Positions 10,001-17,745 of a DNA stretch of 64,000 nucleotides are shown here, one piece after another. The notes below the pieces were generated by a model, which saw nothing but the letters and a program-made list of their open reading frames with translations, was not told the DNA's origin and ran no database searches. Position 1 is the first letter of the stretch. Every line of letters starts with the position of its first letter. The stretch covers positions 3,232,001 through 3,296,000 of the forward strand of contig OY968796.1 of NCBI GenBank assembly GCA_963695545.1, written 5' to 3'. A program made the position numbers and the translations under genes. This DNA comes from Terriglobia bacterium (GTDB taxonomy: Bacteria > Acidobacteriota > Terriglobia > Acidiferrales > UBA7541).

Positions 10001-11171
10001 CAAAAGCGAGCAAGGGAAGGGCATCGTCGGTTGCCGCATCGTGCATCGCGGAGACGATCAGCGCGTCGTCCACCGTGAGGCCGGCGACGCGAGCGGGGCC
10101 CTCGATGATGTCGCGCACGCGCGCGAGCGGCATGGGTTTGAACGAAAATTCCTCGAAGGGAGCGGTAAGCGCGGGGGCTTCCTGAAGCTGGCCGAGATAA
10201 TCGGAACGCAAGGCGAGGACTACGAGGAAGGGAAGATGCTCGTCCTGCAGGGCGTTGAGCACGCGCAAGAATTGTTCGGCTTGCGTTTTTTCGGCCGCGC
10301 CGAACAATTCTTCGGATTGATCGATGGTGATCAGGATTTGCGCTTCGTTCGAGCCGTGCGCGGCGCGAAGGTCGCGCGCGAGATCGGAAAGCGCGTGCGC
10401 GGGATCGTTCGCCGAGAACGCATCGCGCCACTGGCGCCAATTTGAGCTGGCGCCGAGCGCGGTGGCGATGGCCTGCGCGAGTTCTTCGAGCGGGTGAATT
10501 TGCGGGCGGAAGGGAGGGAGCGCGATCCAATTGCGTTTGTCGCGTTTCAAGCGCGGCAGAACGCCGGCGCGGATCAGCGAAGATTTTCCGGCGCCGGATG
10601 CGCCGAGCACGGCAACCATCTTGGCTCCGCCCTGCGCGCGACGGGCGTTCAAGCGCTCGATCAAGCGGCGGATATCGTCGTCGCGGCCGAAATAAATCGC
10701 GGCGTCGGCTTCGTCGAAGGCGAGCAGGCCGGGATAGGGAGGGCGCGTTTGGTCCCACTGGAATCCGCCGCGGGCATTGAGCACGATGCCGGTGAGCTCC
10801 GAGGCGAGGCGAGCCAGGCCGCCTTCGCGATCCTTGATGAGATCGAGATTCTGAATGTCGGGCGAGACGAAAGTTTCGCCGCTGGGAGCCTCGATCAGAG
10901 GAAAAATCGCTTTGCCGAGGGCGCGCGCCTGGGTGAATTCGGCGAAACACCATTTGCTGTCGAACCAATTCTTGGTGAGGATCAGCAGGACGGCTTCGGC
11001 GCTCGTCAATTCGCGATAGAGAGAACGTTCCCAATCGGAGCCGGGGGCGAGGCCGGCGTGCTTGTCGAAATCGAGAAAGGTTTCGGTGAAACCGTTGGCG
11101 TGCAGCCACTCGAGCAGGCGCGTGGCTTGCTCGGCGTCGCGACTGGAGTGGCTGATGAAAATGTGCGCCAA
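7059..11171 (-). CDS. TIR - STAND NTPase (nSTAND1-like) - TM - 16x WD40 protein
   Basis: TIR: IFISHSSRD, SKWCFAEF; Walker A GASGAGKSS, Walker B LITIDQSEELF, LPLLAFAL, EVAHEALL; TM ITVVAAVALAIGMAASIWAW; 16 GH..V..A.FSPD....TAS.D.TAR.WD repeats; TTG start. Confidence 0.92.
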   Translation of the reverse strand: MAHIFISHSSRDAEQATRLLEWLHANGFTETFLDFDKHAGLAPGSDWERSLYRELTSAEAVLLILTKNWFDSKWCFAEFTQARALGKAIFPLIEAPSGETFVSPDIQNLDLIKDREGGLARLASELTGIVLNARGGFQWDQTRPPYPGLLAFDEADAAIYFGRDDDIRRLIERLNARRAQGGAKMVAVLGASGAGKSSLIRAGVLPRLKRDKRNWIALPPFRPQIHPLEELAQAIATALGASSNWRQWRDAFSANDPAHALSDLARDLRAAHGSNEAQILITIDQSEELFGAAEKTQAEQFLRVLNALQDEHLPFLVVLALRSDYLGQLQEAPALTAPFEEFSFKPMPLARVRDIIEGPARVAGLTVDDALIVSAMHDAATDDALPLLAFALRELYDRFGQKKHLTLEAYLALGDESAHLSPLENAVRRKADEVLASAKPSPEDLQALRDAFVPAMVRVNPAGEYVRRPAPIDALPPKARPLIERLAKARLIIIHKELDTTFVEVAHEALLRKWPLLRGWLDEEREFLIGKDQLEQDLRDWEKAPPDQKAEALLTGLKLTRARTWLVAKPQQLSAAERKFIEASVEHYEADAARRERIRRRVQKITVVAAVALAIGMAASIWAWRSAVGLVATADSTRLAAQSQQALAFGQLDSALTLAVQAAERSPSEPAEYALRTVLQGPLVHLILHHAGPVYVASFSPDGKHIVTASADKTARVWDASTGHLVATLSGHTGAVNDAAFSPDSTHIVTASQDNTARVWDAASGNLLATLTGHTAEVRKASFSPDGTRIVTAGDDNTARVWDAQSGALLATLSGHTSTVYDARFSSGGRLVVTASDDHTARVWDAATGRSLATLTGHSGVVYEATFSPDSTRVATASADNTARIWDAQTGHLVTTLSGHAGAVYDAAFSPDGTRVITASADDTAREWETGTGNALATFSGHTAEVREATFSPDGLRIVTASQDHTARVWDAMTGNLLADLTGHPQAVLAAAFSPDSTRIVTAGQDGTARAWDSDIGHAVEILTGHTGIVCYAQFSPDGTHVVTASQDKTARVWDAATGQSQATLTGGNPIWVFTAMFSPDGKSVVTANGDSTARLWDAASARLLETLSGHASALNDAEFSPDGKQIVTASQDHTARLFDASSGRLLATLLGHTGAVLWATFSPDSKLVVTASMDKTARVWDSATGQLVHTLDRHTGGVSHAVFSPNGKLIVTASYDSTARVWDASSGQLLQTLAGHAATVNDAEFSRDSENIVTASSDHTARVWKASTGALIATLSGHSSLVTSAAFSPDGTRVATSSSDNTARLWDSQTGLLLGILTGQTNRVYVAEFSPDGKFLLTSSGDHTARIYIADLPDLLAWAKQQLPIDSGQ
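7125..9110 (-). repeat. Coding tandem repeat of 16 WD40 units (about 126 bp each)
   Basis: 16 D.TAR motifs counted; GCGTCCCACACGCG recurs at multiples of about 126 bp. Confidence 0.9.
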
Positions 11172-11298
11172 GACGGTGCCTCCGGAAGAAGGAGAATACT
11201 TGCGGAAGATGAGACTGGCAAATGTTTAGCGGGGTTTTCGAGCATGCAAGTTCGGAATGGTGTAGGCTTGCCGCGTTTTGGAGTGCAGGAGAGATCGC

Positions 11299-11871
11299 AT
11301 GACCGTGTACACGGTGGTTTTGTTTTTGCATTTGGCCGGCGCGCTGTTTCTTTTTATGGATTTCGCGCTCGAGTGGTTGATTCAAGGGCGTGTGCACAAT
11401 GCGGCTACGCTGGAGCAGGCGGGGCGGTGGCTGGCGGCGGGGAAGCGCGTGCCGTTGATCGGGGCGATTGGCGGGATTTTGATATTCATTCCGGGGTTGT
11501 GGCTCGCGGCGCACGGAAAACTTTGGGATCAGGCGTGGATTCAAGCAGCGCTTACGACCGCTGTGGTGATCGTGGTGTTGGGCGCGGCCATTACGCGTCC
11601 GCGGATGGGAAAGCTGGCGAAGGCGGCGAAAGAGTCCGTGCCGGGAGCGGCGCAGGGAACGGGGCAAACGGGGTCGAGCTCGATCGCGCGGCTGGGAGAT
11701 CCGCTGATTGTTTATTCGCTGCGGATTCGCGTGATGCTCGGGTTCGGCGTGCTGTATCTGATGGCGGCGAAGCCGGGACTGATGGCGACGCTCGTGACGA
11801 TGGGCATCGCGTTGGTGCTGGGCATTGCGATCAGCGTTCCCGCGAGCAAGCGGCGCGAGATGACGAGCTAG
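11299..11871 (+). CDS. Four-TM membrane protein (DUF2269-like)
   Basis: LFLHLAGA N-terminus, LYLMAAKP C-terminal motif; AGGAG RBS before ATG 11299. Confidence 0.7.
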   Translation: MTVYTVVLFLHLAGALFLFMDFALEWLIQGRVHNAATLEQAGRWLAAGKRVPLIGAIGGILIFIPGLWLAAHGKLWDQAWIQAALTTAVVIVVLGAAITRPRMGKLAKAAKESVPGAAQGTGQTGSSSIARLGDPLIVYSLRIRVMLGFGVLYLMAAKPGLMATLVTMGIALVLGIAISVPASKRREMTS

Positions 11872-11890
11872 CGGCATCGGCAAAGGCGGC

Positions 11891-11919
11891 TTGAGCGGCG
11901 CGCGGCGGCGTGCTAATTT
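11891..11919 (+). promoter_or_regulatory. sigma70 promoter of tRNA-Leu
   Basis: TTGAGC, 17 nt, TAATTT with extended TG, 12 nt upstream of the tRNA. Confidence 0.55.
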
Positions 11920-11931
11920 GCTTGAACGCGG

Positions 11932-12017
11932 GCCGGAGTGGCGGAATGGCAGACGCGGCGGACTCAAAATCCGTTGGTCGCAAGGCCGTGTGGGTTCGAC
12001 TCCCTCCTCCGGCACCA
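11932..12017 (+). tRNA. tRNA-Leu (anticodon CAA)
   Basis: Acceptor GCCGGAG/CTCCGGC, anticodon arm GCGGA-CTCAAAA-TCCGT, long variable arm, GGTTCGACT T-loop, encoded CCA. Confidence 0.97.
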
Positions 12018-12060
12018 CTTTTTTTCTGAGCAACATCCTCCCGTTCTCCATGCGTGCGAA

Positions 12061-13116
12061 TTATGGCGCGAGCTCGATCACTATGAATGTGTCCGGCAAG
12101 ATTGGCGGACGCGGGCGCGGCATGTCGGCCGTGGGCGCGGGCGCGGGACCGAAACTTGCGGTGACGACGTAGACGTAGTGCGTGGAGAGATCGACTTCCA
12201 TGGTGCGGGCGCCTTGCTGGGTGGGGACATTGCCAACGAGTTGGAAAGAGTCCGGCGTTATCTCTTTCACGACGGTCAGCGTGCCATCACCGTTTGAGCT
12301 GAAGGCGAGTTGTGTGCCGGGATCGAAGCGATTCGCGTCCACACCGCTGCCGATGGGGAGAGTCGCGACGACTTTGCCGGAGTCGGCGTCCATCACAGCC
12401 ATCAATTGATTGTGGCAGCCGATGAAGAGTCGGCGATGAGCGCGGTCTATCGCCATGCCGGAAGGGCCTTCACAAGGCGCGAGCGGCCAAGTGTTCAGCA
12501 GAGTGAGCTTCTGGGAATCGAGTTCGACGACTTCGCTTTTGTCCTCGAGATTCGCGTAGACGTGGCCCGCGGCATCGGACGCGGCGTATTCGGGGCGGCC
12601 GCCGAGAGGGATGCTGCCGGCGACGGCGCCCGTTGCGGCGTCGATAGCGGTTGAGGTGCCGGCGCGGCCGTTCATGGTGAAGACGCGCTTCGAGGCGGGG
12701 TCATAGATGATGGCGTCGGGGCCGGTGTCGGTCTTGACCTGCGCGATCGTGGACAGACTTTTGAGATCGAAGATGGTCACGGAGTCGGCGCGGCCGTCGC
12801 TGGTGAAGCCGCGATCGAATTCGGGCGCGAGAGCGATACCGTGGACGCCTTGGGTGTCGGGAATATCACCGACCAATTTTCCAGTAGGGAGATCGAGCAC
12901 CTGAACGTGGGTGCCGCGCGAGATGAAGAGACGATCCGTCGAGCTATCGATACCGAGGTAGTCCCATCCGTCGGAGCCGGGGACGGAAATCTTGCGGACG
13001 ATGTGGTAGCCGGAACCAGCGGACTGAGTCTGCGGAACCGGCGCGGCGGCGGCGAAGACGACGACGGCGGCCAAAACCGGGAATGCGAATCGGGGGAAAA
13101 GTCTAGCGGCGGACAT
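12061..13116 (-). CDS. Secreted YncE/YVTN beta-propeller protein
   Basis: Signal peptide; GWDYL, GVHGIALA, GPDAI.YD, GARTM repeats; AAGGAGG RBS. Confidence 0.85.
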   Translation of the reverse strand: MSAARLFPRFAFPVLAAVVVFAAAAPVPQTQSAGSGYHIVRKISVPGSDGWDYLGIDSSTDRLFISRGTHVQVLDLPTGKLVGDIPDTQGVHGIALAPEFDRGFTSDGRADSVTIFDLKSLSTIAQVKTDTGPDAIIYDPASKRVFTMNGRAGTSTAIDAATGAVAGSIPLGGRPEYAASDAAGHVYANLEDKSEVVELDSQKLTLLNTWPLAPCEGPSGMAIDRAHRRLFIGCHNQLMAVMDADSGKVVATLPIGSGVDANRFDPGTQLAFSSNGDGTLTVVKEITPDSFQLVGNVPTQQGARTMEVDLSTHYVYVVTASFGPAPAPTADMPRPRPPILPDTFIVIELAP

Positions 13117-13229
13117 TATCGCTCGCCTCCTTCATACCTTTGAGGAATAGTTGGCGCGGAAGTACAGAATCCACTTGCGCGACGCATCACGCGTGCGTAA
13201 GATACCACCGCCGCAAGGAGAGCGGAGCG

Positions 13230-13649
13230 GTGCCGAAAGAAAAGCCGAAAGTAAATATCGGCCAAGTGATCCGGAATTATCGGGGCCAGCGCGGGCTGTC
13301 GCAAGGCGATATCGAACGGCGCACTGGTCTTCTGCGTTGCTATCTCTCTCGCGTTGAAAACGGGCACACCGTCCCGTCGCTTGAAACCCTCGCAAAAATT
13401 GCCGAAGCCATGGATATCGCGCTGGCGGATTTTTTCCCCGGAGCTGAGACTCCGCGCGATCGCGACACACAGAAGGCGCTCGGCGAGCTTTCCGAGGACG
13501 AGATTCGGTTTCTTTCCGAGATTAAGAAGTACAGCACCACGCTTTCCGACGGCGATAAGCGGCTGGTGCTGGCCATGATTCGCAAGATGGCGGTGATCAT
13601 TCCTCCTCCGCCGATGCGCAAGCCGGCGCCGCGACGTTCGGCTTTCTAG
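13230..13649 (+). CDS. XRE-family helix-turn-helix regulator
   Basis: LSQGDIERRTGLLRCYLSRVENGHTVPSLETL; GTG start after AGGAG/GGAG; TTGCGC-17-TAAGAT promoter at 13175-13203. Confidence 0.88.
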   Translation: MPKEKPKVNIGQVIRNYRGQRGLSQGDIERRTGLLRCYLSRVENGHTVPSLETLAKIAEAMDIALADFFPGAETPRDRDTQKALGELSEDEIRFLSEIKKYSTTLSDGDKRLVLAMIRKMAVIIPPPPMRKPAPRRSAF

Positions 13650-13680
13650 AATTCCATTCGCAGAATCCCCGAAGGAAAAG

Positions 13681-13706
13681 GCTGGAGGCCTGAAGGCCTC
13701 CGCTAC
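13681..13706 (-). repeat. GTAG-type REP-like palindrome
   Basis: Minus strand GTAG-C-GGAGGCC-TTCA-GGCCTCC. Confidence 0.55.
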
Positions 13707-13764
13707 AAAACCCTGCGGCCCAGGCCGTGCGGCGGAGGGCTTTCCGCGTCGATTCGGGATGTCC

Positions 13765-13922
13765 CTCCATCCACACCCCGGTATGTTTTGCGAAAATGCA
13801 GAAAACAAAAGACTTCCAGGGAAAGAGTGCGGATGAGTGTGAAAATTCGGGTACTTAAAGTCCCTTATGTTCAGTGAGTTGCGCACTCTTTTGTAATGAA
13901 TTGAAAACAATGTGGTTACGGG
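13765..13922. repeat. Intergenic element copy B
   Basis: CACCCCGGTATGTTTTG end; units GTAA-N19-TTAC (13893-13919) and AAA-N19-TTG (13857-13881); internal inverted repeat AAAGAGTGCG (13822) / CGCACTCTTT (13882). Confidence 0.65.
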
Positions 13923-14032
13923 CGGAGAAAATGCGATCGCGGATGCACGTGACTGCGCACGGACAGGCGGGGATGGGACTGGGCGAGACGAGGGGGACGA
14001 CAATTCGAAATGGGTACCGGCGAACATAAAGA

Positions 14033-14061
14033 AGCATAGCACGAGTGTCTAGAGCTGTCAA
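14033..14061 (-). promoter_or_regulatory. Near-consensus sigma70 promoter reading into element B
   Basis: TTGACA (14061-14056), 17 nt, extended TG, TATGCT (14038-14033); ATG at 14027. Confidence 0.7.
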
Positions 14062-14285
14062 TTGCTAATTGAGTATTCGAATGGATTTCCACAGGGCGCA
14101 GTTCGCGAAGGCTTACATCGCCCGGCGCAGGCGAGCGGGAGCTTCGCCGCCAATCTTGAGAAAGTGAGGTTCCAACGCGCATAATCTCCCTCGCCGGGAC
14201 GAGCGCAAGCGGTTTTGCGCGAGCTTTTTCGATGCGTGCGGGAAACGAAGACTTAATTTGTGGCGAGTCCGCCGAGGAGACCTAG

Positions 14286-14738
14286 ATGACAGACAAACAA
14301 TCGGAGAAGGCGCAACCCGTGAAGGTCGTCGAGGCGGACATCTTCGACACGATGACGGAAACAGAGGAACTGGTGGCGCAGCGCGCATATGAAATCTATG
14401 AGTCGCGCGGCGGCGGGCACGGATCCGATCAGGACGATTGGTTCCGGGCGCAAGGGGAGGTGCTGAGGGAGGTCGCGGTCCGCTACGATGTGAGCGATAG
14501 CGACGTGCGATTAACGGCGCAGGTGCCCGGGTTCGATGCGAAAGATTTGGAAGTTGAGGTGGGGCATCGGCGCGCGGTTCTTCTGGGTGTCCACTTCGAT
14601 GCAAAGCAAGCCGCGAACAGCCGTCGCAGGGGGAAGAGGGTTATGGGGATTGTCGAGTTTCCGTTTGACGTTGAGCCACGATCGGCGCGGGCGACGCTCG
14701 AGGGCGGGACGCTGCGGGTGGTGTTGCAACGGGCGTGA
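14286..14738 (+). CDS. DUF2934-like domain fused to Hsp20/alpha-crystallin domain
   Basis: AQRAYEIYESRG...D..DWFRA followed by VPGFDAKDLEVEV...ARATLEGGTLRV; GAGGAG RBS. Confidence 0.75.
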   Translation: MTDKQSEKAQPVKVVEADIFDTMTETEELVAQRAYEIYESRGGGHGSDQDDWFRAQGEVLREVAVRYDVSDSDVRLTAQVPGFDAKDLEVEVGHRRAVLLGVHFDAKQAANSRRRGKRVMGIVEFPFDVEPRSARATLEGGTLRVVLQRA

Positions 14739-14781
14739 GCGGCGCCGATCAAGCCGGGCTTGGATCAGTTCAAAATTCAGA

Positions 14782-15987
14782 CTACTCCTTCAGGGTTACG
14801 CGCGTGGCGTTCATCTGCGCTTTGATGACGAGCTCGGCGGCGAGCAGGCATTGAACTTGATCTTGCGCAACGTGCGTGCGGTTGACGATGTCGGCGACGA
14901 ACTCGGGGCCGAAGGGAAGCGGCATGTTGTTGCAATCGATGTAGCGCGCTTGTTTCGCGTCCACGATGAACAGATTGTTGCCTAGCTTGTTCACGGCCAC
15001 ATTCGTGTATTTGCGGATTTCGATGTAACCGTCTGTGCCGAGGATGAAGAGGCGGCCATCGCCCCAGGTGCCGAGACCGTCGGGCGTGAACCAATCGAGG
15101 CGCACGTAACCGAGACCGCGATCGCCGCGCAGAACCATGTCGCCGAAATCCTGGAAGCGGGGGCGATCGGGATGGCGGACGTTTGCAATTTGCGATTCGG
15201 CGACTTCGGCCTGGGTCGAGCTGGTGTAAAAAAGAAATTGATCGACTTGATGCGAACCGATGTCGCAGAGAATTCCGCCGTACTGATCGGGATTCCAGAA
15301 CCAATCGGGGCGCGGGGCGCCGCCGCCGGCATCGCCTGATCCTTGAATAATCTGATGAGGCGCGATGTTGATGGTCTGAATGACCTTGCCGATGGCGCCT
15401 TGCTGGACGAGGACTCCGGCGTACACGGCGGCTTTTACTTCGAGGCGCTCGCTGTACATGATGGCGTAGATGCGATGGGTTTCTGCGATCGTGCGGCGGA
15501 CGTCGGCGAGTTGCTCAAGCGTGGTCATGCCGGGCTTGTCGGAGAGAAAATCCTTGCCGTTCTTCATGGCGCGAATGCCGAGCGGTGCACGCTCATTGGC
15601 GATTTGTGAGCTGAGCACGAGCTGAACGGATGGGTCGTTCAGAATTTCATCCTGCGTCTTCACGATCTTGACGTCCGGAAATCGTTTGGCGAATGCTGCG
15701 AGCTTGTCCGGTTCGCCGCCCCATGCGGCGACGAGTTCGCCGCCTCCGCGCTGGATCGCGCCGATCATGCCGTAGATGTGGTCGTGGCTCATGCCGCAGA
15801 CGGCGAACTTGATGTGGTACTTCGGCGCTTCGTCGGTCTGCGCGGGGAGTGCGACGGATTCGATCACGTGGCCGCGCTCTCCGGCAAAGGCCATCGCGCT
15901 ATTCGGCAAGCCCGCCATCACGGCAACCGAGCCCATCAATCCGGTCTGCTTCAGAAAATCGCGCCGGCCGTTGGATTTCGTGTTCAT
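14782..15987 (-). CDS. Tat-exported Gfo/Idh/MocA oxidoreductase
   Basis: RRDFLK twin-arginine signal; KDFLSDKPG and GGILCDIGSHQVD; GGAGG RBS. Confidence 0.88.
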   Translation of the reverse strand: MNTKSNGRRDFLKQTGLMGSVAVMAGLPNSAMAFAGERGHVIESVALPAQTDEAPKYHIKFAVCGMSHDHIYGMIGAIQRGGGELVAAWGGEPDKLAAFAKRFPDVKIVKTQDEILNDPSVQLVLSSQIANERAPLGIRAMKNGKDFLSDKPGMTTLEQLADVRRTIAETHRIYAIMYSERLEVKAAVYAGVLVQQGAIGKVIQTINIAPHQIIQGSGDAGGGAPRPDWFWNPDQYGGILCDIGSHQVDQFLFYTSSTQAEVAESQIANVRHPDRPRFQDFGDMVLRGDRGLGYVRLDWFTPDGLGTWGDGRLFILGTDGYIEIRKYTNVAVNKLGNNLFIVDAKQARYIDCNNMPLPFGPEFVADIVNRTHVAQDQVQCLLAAELVIKAQMNATRVTLKE

Positions 15988-16081
15988 CGCTCCTCCGCAC
16001 TGCCAACGAGATTTCAACGCAAGAGACAAACGCGAGATTGCGGCTATGGCTCATGTCCTCGCGTCGTACACCGGGAGAATA

Positions 16082-16501
16082 CTAGCGGGAGACGGGGGGA
16101 TTTTGCGCAAGTTTTTGTTGAATGCGGGCCACGTCGATTATGGCGCGGGTGATGCGGCCGCGGCCGAGAATTTCTTCGCCGGCGCGGGATTCGACGTCGA
16201 AGACGAGGAAGCGGCCATTGATCTCGACGAGACGCGCGGTTGAAGTGACGAGCGTGCCGATTCCGGCGCTTTTCACGTGATCGACTTCGATGCGCGTGCC
16301 GACGGTAATTTTGCCGGGCGGCAGCGCGGGCTCGATGGCGAACGAAGTGGCGGCTTCCATCATGCCGATCATCGCGGGAGTGGAAAAAATTTCGGGAAGG
16401 CGGGGATCGTAGGCGGCGGTGGTGTAGGCGAAGATCACGGCGTGCTCGAAACGTCCTTCAAGGCCGATGCGGATTTCGGGGCGGGGAGCGGGATCGGTCA
16501 T
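16082..16501 (-). CDS. Hotdog-fold thioesterase (fluoroacetyl-CoA thioesterase-like)
   Basis: FSTPAMIGMME...TVGTRIEVDH (Thr/Glu/His triad); ATGA overlap with the upstream gene. Confidence 0.85.
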   Translation of the reverse strand: MTDPAPRPEIRIGLEGRFEHAVIFAYTTAAYDPRLPEIFSTPAMIGMMEAATSFAIEPALPPGKITVGTRIEVDHVKSAGIGTLVTSTARLVEINGRFLVFDVESRAGEEILGRGRITRAIIDVARIQQKLAQNPPVSR

Positions 16502-17745
16502 TGCGGAGCGTCGGCCCCGGCGGCGGTTCGCTCGGCGAGTCGGCGCGATCGCGGGCGCACGAGGCTATCGAGAACTTCAGAGAACGTTACGCCGACCTGG
16601 CCCCAGAGGCGGCGCTTCAGGCCCATGTAGCCTTGCGCGCCGCTGAAAAGATCGGCCATCAGGGAGCGGAAGGTCGGGCTGTGGCCGATGAACTGAATCA
16701 TGCGCGTGGTGACTTCGCCGCCGAGGAAGCGGCCGCGATAGAGGCGGCGGGCGACACGCGTGGCGAATTCGAGTTCGATTGAAAATTTCGCGCGAACGCG
16801 CGCGGGATAACTGGCGGGATCGCCGGCGACGAGCGCCTGGGCGAGAAGATCTCCGGAGCAGAGCGCGTAATACAAACCTTCGCCAGTGAGCGGATCGACC
16901 CAGGCGGCGGCGTCGCCGACCAAGGCCCAATTGGGGCCGACGACGCGGCGCGCGCGAAGAGTTTCCATTTGCGGCGAGGGCAGAACGTGGCTGTAAAAAT
17001 GGGCGCCGGCGCGCGGAATTTTCTCGTCGCGCAGGAATGCATCGAGATGGCGGCGCAATTCCTGGCTGGTGTGGCGGGCCATGCTGCCGCAGATACCGAC
17101 GGAAAGATGGTCGGCGCGCGGGAAGGACCAAAGGTAGCCTTCGAAGCGGCTGAGGAATTTTACTTTGATGTCGTCGGCTTGCGCGGGAATGAAATATCCC
17201 ATGGTCATTTCAAGATCGGCGCGCTTGAGCGGGCGCGTGCCGGGGAGAAGGGAATTGCGCGCGCCGGCGGCGAGGACCACGAAATCGGCTTCGTGCACCT
17301 GGCCATCGGCGACGAGCTCGACGCGCGGGCCGGAGGTATCGACTTTGGTGACGCGCGCGCGAACCACGCGAGCGCCGGCCGCTGAGGCGCGGTCGAGAAG
17401 CAAGCCATTCAGCACGGCGCGCGAATAAATAACGATGGGCTGATCGAGCTTCATGTGAGCGCGATGGCCGCGGCTGGAAATTAATTCGATGGAGTGAACG
17501 CGCTTCTTGGGATGCGGTCCATTGCCGAGGAACGGATAGGCGACGATGGCTTTGTGAGTGAGGCCGCCGCCGCAGGGTTTTTCCCATGCGAGGTGCTCAT
17601 CGAAGAGCGTGACTTCATAGCCCGCGCGAGACAACTGCTCGGCGCACATTGCGCCCGAGGGTCCGCCGCCGACGATGGCGATCTGACGCACCGGCTGGGT
17701 TAGCTGCTCCTGATGGGTTGTTGCACGTGCACCGCCGAATGTCAT
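16498..17745 (-). CDS. Geranylgeranyl-reductase-family FAD-dependent oxidoreductase
   Basis: IVGGGPSG, EKPCGGGL, GYLWSFP, VGDAA.WVDPLTGEGL; ATG 17745 overlaps the upstream stop. Confidence 0.85.
   Translation of the reverse strand: MTFGGARATTHQEQLTQPVRQIAIVGGGPSGAMCAEQLSRAGYEVTLFDEHLAWEKPCGGGLTHKAIVAYPFLGNGPHPKKRVHSIELISSRGHRAHMKLDQPIVIYSRAVLNGLLLDRASAAGARVVRARVTKVDTSGPRVELVADGQVHEADFVVLAAGARNSLLPGTRPLKRADLEMTMGYFIPAQADDIKVKFLSRFEGYLWSFPRADHLSVGICGSMARHTSQELRRHLDAFLRDEKIPRAGAHFYSHVLPSPQMETLRARRVVGPNWALVGDAAAWVDPLTGEGLYYALCSGDLLAQALVAGDPASYPARVRAKFSIELEFATRVARRLYRGRFLGGEVTTRMIQFIGHSPTFRSLMADLFSGAQGYMGLKRRLWGQVGVTFSEVLDSLVRPRSRRLAERTAAGADAPQ

Noticed and set aside
8455..12051. 1198-aa minus-strand ORF
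   Set aside because: Arg/Pro-rich alternative frame overlapping the TIR-STAND gene and the tRNA; typical high-GC shadow ORF
13116..14042. 308-aa minus-strand ORF as a conventional protein gene
   Set aside because: The distal half is antisense to the XRE gene and has no domain signal; only its 5' part is kept as part of the element B finding
11932..16000. Integrative element or prophage at tRNA-Leu
   Set aside because: No integrase or phage genes, and I found no duplicate of the tRNA 3' end by eye
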